This document shows, piece by piece, positions 22,268 through 31,717 of a stretch of DNA of 36,589 bases. Source of the DNA: Octopus sinensis. Taxonomy: Eukaryota. Made by a program: the position numbers and the translations under genes. The notes beneath the pieces were generated by a model. That model was not told where the DNA came from and made no database searches. It saw only the letters and a list, made by a program, of their open reading frames with translations. The stretch covers positions 1-36,589 of the forward strand of contig NW_021824669.1 of the NCBI RefSeq assembly GCF_006345805.1, in the 5' to 3' direction. Each line of letters begins with the position of its first letter. Positions within the stretch are counted from its first letter, which is position 1.

Positions 22268-22378
22268 TCTCTGAAGAGGCCGTGGGACATCCTTGTTAAT
22301 GTCTCATTTATACCTGCCTTATATGGCTTATAGGTTAAATGAGGCATACTTGTCCTCACGGCCGAAACAGCTGTCAGA
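22268..22378 (+). ncRNA. Type I hammerhead ribozyme with a long stem II (intact core)
   Basis: TCT-CTGAAGA(22271-22277)-GGCCGTG..CACGGCC-GAAA(22364-22367)-CAGCTGTC-AGA. Canonical G10.1-C11.1 pair, GUC triplet, palindromic stem III. Confidence 0.92.
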
Positions 22379-22722
22379 TATGATGTAATTGTATTTTATA
22401 TTTCTATTTCCTTGTCTAATTATATTTACAATATATTTTGTATAATGTCTTTGCTGTTATGTAATGGTGTAATAAAGTATTGATGGGTATTATCTGATGG
22501 TTGATGTTTGATTGATTTAAGTATGTTTCTCCATTTTCTAATTTTGTATTATTAATTTATGGTAATATTTTTACCCTTGCCCACATAATACAGTAGATGA
22601 ATTAATTGCATGGCAATTTTTAACATTTATGTATTTGTCTTGTTGGGTACCTCTCTAGCAGTATATTGGATATATGTTATCCCATGGTGGGTTGAATTTT
22701 CAACCCCTATCTCATTTTATAA

Positions 22723-22726
<4 letters not shown>

Positions 22727-22770
<44 letters not shown>
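22727..22770. repeat. (TA)n microsatellite
   Basis: Read directly. Confidence 0.95.
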
Positions 22771-22773
<3 letters not shown>

Positions 22774-23791
22774 AGGTCGATCAACATCAGGGCCTCCGTG
22801 CAGGTGACACGTAAAAGCACCATCCGTTCGTAGCCATTTGCCAGCCCTGTCTGGCCCCCATGTCGGTGGCATGTAAAAGCACCATCCGTTCGTGTTCGTT
22901 GCCAGCCTGGCCTGGCCCCCGTGCTGGTGACACGTAAAAGCACCATCCGTTTGTGGCCGTTTGCCAGCTCTGTCTGGCCCCCGTGCCGGTGACACGTAAA
23001 AGCACCATCCGTTCGTGGCCGTTTGCCAGCTCTGTCTGGCCCCTGTGCCGGTGACACATAAAAGCACCATCCGTTCGTGGCCGTTTGCCAGCCCTGTCTG
23101 GCCCCCATGTCGGTGACATGTAAAAGCACCATCCGTTCGTGTCCGTTTGCCAGCCCTGTCTGGCCCCCATGTCGGTGACATGTAAAAGCACCATCCGTTC
23201 GTGTCCGTTTGCCAGCCCTGTCTGGCCCCCATGTCGATGACATGTAAAAGCACCATCCGTTCGTGTCTATTGCCAGCCGCGCCTGGCCCCCTTGCCGGTG
23301 ACACGTAAAAGCACCATCCGTTCGTGGCCGTTTGCCAGCCCTGTCTGGCCCCCGTGTCGGTGGCATGTAAAAGCACCATCCGTTCGTGTCCGTTGCCCCC
23401 CTCGTCTGGCCCCCGTGCCGGTGACACGTAAATGCACCATCCGTTTCGTGGCCATTTGCCAGCTCTGTCTGGCCCCCGTGTTGGTGGCACGTAAAAGCAC
23501 CATCCGTTCATGTCCGTTGCCAGCCTCGCCTGGCCCCGTGCCGGTGACACGTAAAAGCACCATCTGTTCGTGGCCGTTTGCCAGCTCTGTCTGGCACCTG
23601 TGCAGGTGGCATGTAAAAAGCACCCACTACACTCATGGAGTGGTTGGCATTAGGAAGGGCATCCAGCCGTAGAAACACTGCCAGATCTGACTGGGCCTGA
23701 TGAAGCCTTCCAGCTTCACAGACCCCAGTTGAACCGTCCAACCCATGCTAGCATGGAGAACGGACGCTAAATGATGATGATGATGATGATG

Positions 23792-23793
<2 letters not shown>
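22771..23793 (+). mobile_element. Non-coding RTE-3'-end-derived element with an internal minisatellite and (GAT)n tail
   Basis: 3' part GCACCCACTACACTC..GGAAGGGCATCCAGC..CCAACCCATGCTAGCATGG..(GAT)n is homologous to the RTE tails at 4136 and 33098. Confidence 0.85.
22795..23620 (+). repeat. Minisatellite, about 13 units of 60-63 bp
   Basis: The GCACC core recurs at 22817, 22879, 22940, 23002, 23064, 23126, 23188, 23250, 23311, 23373, 23434, 23497, 23557 and 23620. Confidence 0.95.
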
Positions 23794-23832
<39 letters not shown>

Positions 23833-23840
23833 TACATATG

Positions 23841-25160
23841 CAGTGACCCGCAAAAGTTTACAACATAATCAAAAATCCAAGTTTACATATATTGAGTTGA
23901 CACAGTTTAGTGAAAATTCCACCATGTATTAAGTTTTTTGTAATAAATTCAATGCAACAACCATAATAATGAATGGAAAAGTTTTATATAGAAAAAAGTT
24001 GAAATTGAAAATTAAGGTCTGGAGATTGACTTGGCCATTCCAGAACATTAATCCCATTTGATTTCATCCAATTCTTGGTCAGCTTTGCTGTATGCTTTGA
24101 ATCGTTATCCTGTGGAAAGGCCCATCTTTGTTACAAGTTTTGGAAGCAAGCACCAGATATTAAACATCTCTCCAAAATCCCCCTATATTTTTTGCCATCC
24201 ATTGTTCTTTCGATTATTTCCATTCTTCCAACACCTGAAGATCAAAAAACAAGCCCATACCATTATTGATCCACCTCCAAATTTGACTGTAGGGATAGTA
24301 TTCTTTGGGCATATTCTGGGTCATTCTTTCTCCAAACCTTGTTGATCAAATTTTTACCAAAAAGCTCAATCTTAGTTTCGCAAAACCAAACTACACTTTC
24401 CCAATATATTGTCAGTTCATTTTTTCAAAGGCCAAATGAACTTTAATATGATGTTTCTTAAGCAATGGGATCTTTCTTAGAGAATAACAAAAGAGATCAT
24501 GACGATGAAGTGATCTACTAATTGAATCCTTGCTCATATGTACTTCACATGCTTCCAGAGCTTCCTGCAGCTCTTTGAGTGTAGTTTGTAGTCTATTACT
24601 AGCTTGATTTGCTGTATGCTCTGCTAACTTACATGGGCAACTGGAGTGGACTAGAATGAAATCGCAAGATTTCTAGTTACATATTATTGTACCAACTGAA
24701 TTAAGCTGTACAGAGATCTTTCTGTACCTATTACCACTCTTATGAAGGTCAACAATATGCTCATGGAGGTGTTGACTAATTTGTTTATTTTTTAGCTATG
24801 ATGATGATGATGTCCACTCTACAGTGATATTGCCAGAACTGAAGCAATGGCTATATGTGCTCACAAATGAAACTTCCTGAACCTTCTAGAACACTGTAGA
24901 TATTCTGGGGGTAAAAAAAAATCATTTTTATTCAAAATATTTGGAAAATTATTCAATTGAGTCAAATGTGTTGTGAACTTTTGTTTTGAATTTCAACTTT
25001 TTTTCCAAATAAAATTTTTCCCATTCCTTATTATGTAATTCTGATTGTTACAGAGAATTTATTACAAAAAACTTCATAAATGGTGGAAATTTCATTAACC
25101 TATGTTAACTCAATAAACATGGATTTTTGATTGTGTGTTGTAAACTTTTGCAGGGTACTG
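23841..25160 (-). mobile_element. Tc1-family DNA transposon (long-TIR, IR/DR type) with a degenerate, C-terminally deleted transposase
   Basis: TIRs CAGTGACCCGCAAAAGTTTACAAC.. / ..GTTGTAAACTTTTGCAGGGTACTG extend about 170 bp. TA on the right flank (TG on the left). Minus-strand translation includes [33 protein letters not shown] and WPSQSPDLN. Confidence 0.9.
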
Positions 25161-25174
25161 TATAGATATATATA

Positions 25175-25300
25175 CTAGTTGAGTATCCCATAGTTGCCAG
25201 GTAATTTTCACAATAAAATGCTTCGGCAGACTTTCGGAATAGTACTCCTTCATAAATTGGGTGTTCTCTGTTTTGATGGGGATTTAAAAATGTTTTTTTC
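25175..25300 (-). mobile_element. Probable Helitron-like 3' end (inner boundary uncertain)
   Basis: Minus strand reads CCTGGCAACTATGGG-ATACTCAA-CTAG-T, a degenerate version of the hairpin plus CTAG end at 12043-12070. Confidence 0.5.
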
Positions 25301-26039
25301 CACCACACTTTTCCAAATGATGATGGGAAGCTTTTTATGCAAACAATTTTTGAAAATTTATGAATCCATTATCCCCAGTACCTTCTGGACTGATTTTGCA
25401 TTTAAAACAATGGGAGATGTCTTTTCAGTAAAAAAAAATTTGAAAATTTATGCATTTTTCACCCCACCTCCCCCACTCAGTTCTTGATTTTGGCCTTTTT
25501 TTTTTTTTTGGCACTATGCACTTAAAAATGATGAGAAGAAGCCTTGCAGGTTAAAAAAAATTTGGAAATCAGTAATTACCATTATAACCCCTACTTCCTT
25601 TATTTTTAAACAGAAAATGAGATGTAATTAAAAACAACAGTGAAATCTTTTTTAATCATTTCATTAACCCTGATCCTCTATAAATCCTAAAATTTTAGCA
25701 TTCTTTCCAAAATTTTTTAAAATCATAATTTTAAAATACAGAATCTGAATCTGCAATTTGTTTCTGTTTATAATTTCAAAATAATTTTCAGATGAAAAAG
25801 TGTGTGATTTAAGGGAGATTTAGCTGTTGTTTGTAGCACATCCCAAGATCACCTGGTATCTTCCTCATTTGTTTGTCACTCTGACAATGTAATGATGTTT
25901 TCCAATATTTATCTCCCCATAAAAACATTTATGGAATAATAATGCTGTGATGCATTGCTGGGATTTAAGCAACAACAAAAAAATTGCAATTTAAATTTTT
26001 AACCCACACCCGGCATCAACCAAGTTCGCTTGCATGCAT

Positions 26040-26122
26040 GCATGCGTGTGTGTGTGTGTGTGTGTGTGTGCGTGTGTTGTGTTGTGTGTGTGTTCTGTTG
26101 TGTTGTGTGTGTGTGTGTGTGT
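26040..26122. repeat. (TG)n-rich microsatellite
   Basis: Read directly. Confidence 0.9.
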
Positions 26123-26902
26123 AAGAAAAAACATATTTACTGCCAGAAAAGTATGCTGTTAAAATAAATTATCTTTTACATACTTATTTAAATCACTCTA
26201 ATGAAATTCCTGACACACATACATACACTTACACTGACAAATACACACGCACTGACAGACCCCACCCCCCACAAACATACTCAGCATAAGCAATATAGTT
26301 TTATAGAGTTTGAGAGAGAGTGTAGTAAAAATGTATAGAGAGGAGAAAGTTTACTGTGAGAAAAATGAAAAATGAAAGAGATAGACAGCTTTTCTGTTCT
26401 TGTCACAAATTTTGAAGTTTTAAAATGCAAAGTGAAAATTTTCAATTTTGATATACTGATGTACTATTTCATGCATCTCATTAATTCCAGAAAAATTTTA
26501 GTTAAATCTTATAGAGGTTTAAAGTTTGATTGTTCTTACCCAATTAGAAGGCAGGATTTGTGCGTAATAAATTGGAAGTAAACATTAGAAGACGAAATCA
26601 TTAACAAAATGAAAACAATGGATGAGAATTAATACATATACACAGAGTGTAATTGGATAAATAGAGATAGATTTATGATGAAAAATAGTGGAAGAGTTAT
26701 CAATCTAAAAATTGAGTTATTTCCCATAGCAAATTATATTTTTTTAATATAATTTATGGACAATATTGTCTTTGGGAGGCAGATTTCAAAAATCAAATCC
26801 ATTTTTCTCAAGGATGCACTGTTTCTGAGCCTTTTTGGGCTAAACACACTTATATAACCAAATACACTCACATTTATATAGTAGAAGATATATATTATAT
26901 AA

Positions 26903-27115
26903 GGCGGTGAGTTGGCAGAAATGTTAGCACACCGGGTGAAATGCTTAGCGGTAGTTCATCTGTCTTTACATTCTGAGTTCAAATTCCACTGAGGCCAACT
27001 TTGGCTTTTATCCTTTCGGAGTTGATAAATTAAGTACCAATTTGTATTGGGCTTGATCTAATCGACTGGCTCCCTGTCCCCAAAATTTCAGGCCTTGTGC
27101 TTAGAGTAGAAAATA
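26903..27115 (+). mobile_element. tRNA-derived SINE (family 3)
   Basis: Head GGCGGTGAGTTGGCAGAAATGTTAGC, B-box GAGTTCAAATTCC, and tail CCAAAATTTCAGGCCTTGTGCTTAGAGTAGAAAA. Confidence 0.8.
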
Positions 27116-27187
27116 AGATATATATTTTATATCTATATATTTGTATGTATGCATCACTGTCCTCCTCTTCCTTCCTCCTCCTCCTCC

Positions 27188-27520
27188 TCATCATCATTTA
27201 ACATCCATGTTCCATACTGGCATGAGTTGGATGGTTTGACAGGAACCAATGTTTCCACGGATTGCATTGAACATCAATGTCTGTTTCAGCATGGGTTTTA
27301 TGGCTGAATGCCCTTCCTAATACTAACCCCAGTGTGGACTGGGGGTATTTTTTTGTGCCACCTGCACTATTGAAATTGCTGTAGGACTGAACCCTGGGGT
27401 AGCTGGAGGATCAGCTTCCTGCTTGGTGAGGAGGGGATCACTATGAGGATGGGATGGCACCAGTCTTAAACTCTTCAGTGGTTGCTTGGAGGACTATGAT
27501 GGATAGGTGAGGCCTAACAT
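27188..27520 (-). mobile_element. Old RTE fragment (tail plus internally deleted RT remnant)
   Basis: (CAT)n-TTTAACATCCATG..CCATACTGGCATG tail homology. TTGGAGGACTATGAT matches 34878-34892. Confidence 0.65.
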
Positions 27521-28269
27521 TTAAAATCTATCTTAAATTTGTCTCAAACCCTATTTCTCTTCTCAAGATATCTGATGAAGAGGTTTGTACTATGAGCCCA
27601 CAAAATTTTATGTCATATGTGGAGCTGAGTCAAACTGCTATTAAATAATGTTTGTAACTCCTACCAACTGTACCACATTCTTTTATTTGACTGCCCACTT
27701 GCATGCATGCACACATACATTCATGCATACATACATGCATGCATTCATATGAGTGTGCATACATCAATACATGTGCACACGTATACATACACGCGTGCAC
27801 ACACATGCACAAACACACACACACACAAGTTTCTGGAAACCCAGAAAGCCACTCCAATCATGTTGCACACTTATTTTGGCTTCAACACCAAAGTATTATA
27901 ATAAATTCTGACTATTTATTTGCAGTGACCTTCCACACCAATTCTTGTCGCTTGGCTGATGGTAAATCCTAAGATAAAATTTTTCTTTTTTACTTTTACC
28001 TTCACTTCTAATCTACCACCACTATTACAGATTGCTGGGTGATATCATTAATGGGCAGATGATAAAGCACTACTATACAATGCCACAGCTAAGGAGATAC
28101 AGATGAGTCTAACTTAGAGAATTAAAGCGATGAGCTACAAATCCAAATGATCCAAAGTTGTTGTATCAAGTATCCAACAACCATCTTCTGAAATTAAGTA
28201 GGAAGTAGTGGGCCATGTTGTGTGATAGCCTCATAGTCAGAGTCTCAGATGTGACAATGGTAAAGGAAT

Positions 28270-28900
28270 TGTAAGTAGAAAAAAGTAGATTTGATATGAA
28301 ATTGAGATGGGAAGGAGAGGGAGTAGGTTTGTAAAAGATACATGTGGAAAGGTTGGGATGGTCTGTAGAAACAGAGATATCCATAAAGTTAATTGAAGGG
28401 ATTGGGGTCGTGGATATGAATTCTATGATAGGCGGGGAAAGGTTAATGAAGTTGATGAAGGAGGTGAGCTGTTTGGAGACAAGGGAGTCGGTACTGATGC
28501 AATTTTTGATGTAATGACTGGCATTTTTGGACTGGTCTGGGGAAGATTTGGATCTCAAGGTGACTAACAAATAGATTGTTAGTCACCTTCATTGTTAGTC
28601 ACTATATTTGGTTGAAGCTCCTCAAAAAAGAGAAACAATTGATAGTTAGAACAAGTTCTGCAAAGTGGTTGAGAATAGTGCAAAGTTCAAGGAAGAATTT
28701 GAAGGGATAGGAGTATTATTATGGTAGTGGCGGGAGATATCATCAGAGGGTAACTTATCATGAAATAGAGAATTAAAGAGTTGCTAAAGGGCTTCAGCTT
28801 TGCAGATGTCAGACCTCCACACCATTATAGCACTACCCATATTGGCTTATTCAATGATAGTGTTATGTCAAAAGCAGTGGAGTACAAAGAGTTCATGCCA
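28270..28900 (-). pseudogene. Degenerate PLE reverse transcriptase fragment, a different PLE type from elements B and C
   Basis: Translations AELVLTINCFS and LTSFINFINL..IEF..SINFMDISVS..LSTCIFYKPT..SHL are typical of the PLE RT/thumb region. Confidence 0.7.
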
Positions 28901-29399
28901 GGAGATCTTCAGGCATCTGAGATGCCTTTGGAAGATCATTTATAAGATTACTGACTTATAATAAATATAATATATAATTTAGCTGAAGGATATACTCTAT
29001 ATAGTAATAACATTGGCCAATGTATTAAAGGGTTTAGGTTATTGATTATAAGTGAGACATGTTTGATACATAGTGATAATATTGGTATTATATAGGCTTT
29101 TGTTTGATTAGTTTATAAGAGAGATATACTTTGTAGGCATTAACTTAATATACAGTTTATAAGTTAGAGATATACTGTATAGGCACTGACTTAATAATAT
29201 ATCCCAACATCAGGGTAAACTACTGCCAATAGATCAATGTTCTATTTAGTAGATTATCCAGTTAATGCTACAAAAACTGGAACTGTATACTGGTCCTGAG
29301 ATTAACTTTTTGTCAAAGTTGACAGCAACAGGAGTTAATCTCAGAACGCAAGAGAGAACACTGAAATTACAGTTTTAACATTGCTACAAGGTCACTTAT

Positions 29400-29510
29400 T
29401 TTAGAGTAGAGTATAACTGACATGGCAGCATTTGAACTCAAAACATAAAGAGACATAACTAAATGTATCAAATCATTTTGCCTGATGCTTAATCATTTCA
29501 GCTAATTTAC
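29400..29510 (-). mobile_element. Degenerate SINE family 3 head
   Basis: GGCAGCATTTGAACTCAAAACATAAAG..TCATTTTGCCTGATGCTTAA is an approximate reverse complement of 26903-26990. Confidence 0.5.
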
Positions 29511-29619
29511 TTATCATTGACACAATTAAAAAGAAGATATTCAGTCCAGAGGTCAACACTTTCTTTTATGCCAACTCTTTACTAATTTAAAACTTGCACC
29601 GTAGCTTCTTTAGTGTCAA

Positions 29620-30160
29620 TCAGTTGCCTCTGGGAGACTCAACATCTGAAGATCATGCTTCACCACTTTGTCCCATGTCTTCCTGGGTCTACCTCTTCCA
29701 CAGGTTCCCTCCACAGTTAGAATTCAGCATGTCTTTATGCAGCTGTCCACACCTATATGCATCACATCACCATACCAGTGCAGTCTTCTCTCTTACACGT
29801 TACATCTGATGCCTCTTATACCAACTTTTCCCTCTAGATGCTTACACTCTGTTGTAGATGCACACTGACATTGCACATCCAGTGAAGCATACTAACTTCA
29901 TTTCTTTCAAGTCTTCATGTGCCCTCTGCAGTCACAGCCCATATTTCACTGCTGTGTAGCATGGCTGTCAGCACACAGGCATCATACACTCTGAGGGAGA
30001 GCCCCTTTGTTACCAACAAAGGTAAAAGCTTTCTGAACTTTATCCAGTCTATTCTTATTCTAGCAGCTACACTTTCAGAACATCCACCACCACTACTGAC
30101 TTGGTTGCCCAGATAATGGAAGTTGTCAACCACTTCTAAGTATCCTCCATGGCATTTGAC
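29620..30160 (-). pseudogene. RTE LINE fragment (post-RT region to C-terminus)
   Basis: LEVVDNFHYLGNQVSSGGGCSESVAARIRIDWIKFRKLLPLL..AMLHSSEIWAV and GTCGRGRPRKTW. Confidence 0.85.
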
Positions 30161-30589
30161 GGAATTTTTAATAATATAGTACAGTATTAGTAATAATGTT
30201 AGCATAGCGTTGATAAAAATATAGTTAATATAGTATTGATAATAATAAATTCTGGTATTTCCTAGTCACCAGGTGATTCCTCAGTCTGTCATTAGTGTTC
30301 AACTAGTAGTTGTTGTTGTTTATTTCTTACAAACTTTAAGAAGTTTCCTTTGCCTTGATGTGTTGGCTAAGCATTATAGAAAAAGGTTTCCTAATCTGTC
30401 AACAACAGTGAAGTTACTTCTGTATGCCAGCTGATAACAGTTGAACTCTTACAAAGTCACCTTATTTCAAACATGGTTTCTTGTTCTTCAGCAGACTACG
30501 TATCACTGTCCCAACATCATTTGGAAATAGAAGCTGTTTTGACCCTTTGGACCCAATCAGCCAATCTGGTTTTTCCAGATTTTTTGAAA

Positions 30590-31319
30590 ATGGCCGGATG
30601 CCCCCCCCCCCCCCCACCAGTTGTCATCGGTGCCTGGAGCCTGGCCATATAAAGAAAAACTGTCCCCAGGAACAAAATAAGATCCTGCAGCAGTTGAGTG
30701 AGACCTCTGTAGAAGAGGGAATGAAGGCGGCCGAGGAGGTGGAAGATTCCTCAAACAGGGACCACAAAAGGAAGAAGGTGAGCAACAATGGGTGCTCACT
30801 GAAGGATCCTACAGATGAGGAAGGGGAGGTGAATCTCCTGGTCACAGAGGAGATGCACCCTCCCTCAGTTGAAAAGAAAAAAAGAGGAAGAAGAAGAGAA
30901 ATGGGACATTGCCGGCAGTCGGTGACATAGTACCGGAATGTCCCGGAACTATGTCGGTTGGGGTTGTGCCACCGGCAGGAGAAGAGACACCGTTGGTGGG
31001 AACTGTGCCACCAACGGTAGAATTGGATATCCCGATCCGGAGGAAGATAAATTATTGGTCTTCTTTTATAGAGGTTGAAAAGGTGGTGGAAAAGCACCAT
31101 AAGGGAGCACCTTTAGCCTGCACACGGGATCCTGAATGGCCTCCACAGATAGCTGTGGAGGTCATAACGTTGGATGTGACGTTTAGGCTGGAGGGACTCA
31201 ATGAGAAATATTACTTGTACCCAGGTGACACCGACACGGAACCTGCTTTGACTTTGAATGAGGCATGGAGTATGGCGGAGGATGCGGGCACAAGCGATGT
31301 TGAGGAGAAATATGGATAA
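30590..31319 (+). CDS. Gag-like / L1-Tx1 ORF1-like fragment with a CCHC zinc knuckle, frameshifted
   Basis: C-HR-C-LEPG-H-IKKN-C (CX2CX4HX4C) preceded by GR.PP, followed by an acidic/basic linker. A frameshift near the A-run at about 30880 joins it to ORF 30909-31319. GC content is higher than in the flanks. Confidence 0.6.
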
Positions 31320-31564
31320 GAGGTTGAAAAACCTCAGTGTTATTGAAATATTGTTATTAAATATTGTGAACAGTGTAGGGGTTTGTTGCCTCATGAACAA
31401 TATACAAGAGATCAATGTACTCGGGTAAAAATCGATTGGTGGTTGTGGTTTTTTTCCCCCATTATTCATCATTTTCATTTTCATTTCATGTAACATTATG
31501 TCTATGTCCAGCCCGCAGCTTCCTTTCTCTGTGTAAGGCCTTATGGCCAATATAATGAAATAAA

Positions 31565-31700
31565 GAAGCTTGCTTCCCAGCCACATGGTTCCAGGTTCTT
31601 TCCCACTTTGTGGCACCTTGGGCAACTGCCTTCTGCCATAGCCTCAGGCTGACCAAAGCCTTGTGAGTGGGTTTGGAAGACAAACTAAAATAGGTTTGTC
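31565..31700 (+). mobile_element. SINE family 1, 5' portion
   Basis: CCACATGGTTCCAGGTTC..GTGGCACCTTGGGCAA..ATAGCCTCAGGCTGACCAAAGCCTTGTGAGTGG. Confidence 0.8.
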
Positions 31701-31717
31701 AAGTGTGTGTGTGTGTA

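Larger units (their letters stand above)
17142..22726 (+). mobile_element. PLE segment C: 5'-truncated Penelope-like retroelement with an inverted 5' segment, long 3' region and HHR
   Basis: RT-EN reading frame, a 66-bp perfect inverted repeat 17142-17207/22484-22549, the HHR at 22268-22378, and (TA)n on both sides. Confidence 0.9.

Noticed and set aside
22795-23620. CRISPR-like regular array
   Set aside because: There are no unique spacers (whole units repeat), the context is eukaryotic, and there are no cas genes.
22707-23672. Several long repetitive ORFs (up to 277 aa)
   Set aside because: They arise from the stop-poor 62-bp minisatellite, and frames shift with each unit.
23696-23740. 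CTGATGA followed by a short stem (possible HHR)
   Set aside because: No correctly placed GAAA or stem III; a chance variant within the RTE tail.
27570-27640. CTGATGAAGAG (possible HHR 5' half)
   Set aside because: No matching stem II partner or GAAA downstream.
28906-28940. Hairpin GATCTTC-AGGCATCT-G-AGATGCCT-TTG-GAAGATC
   Set aside because: Short, lies at the edge of a decayed PLE fragment, and has no ribozyme or terminator context.
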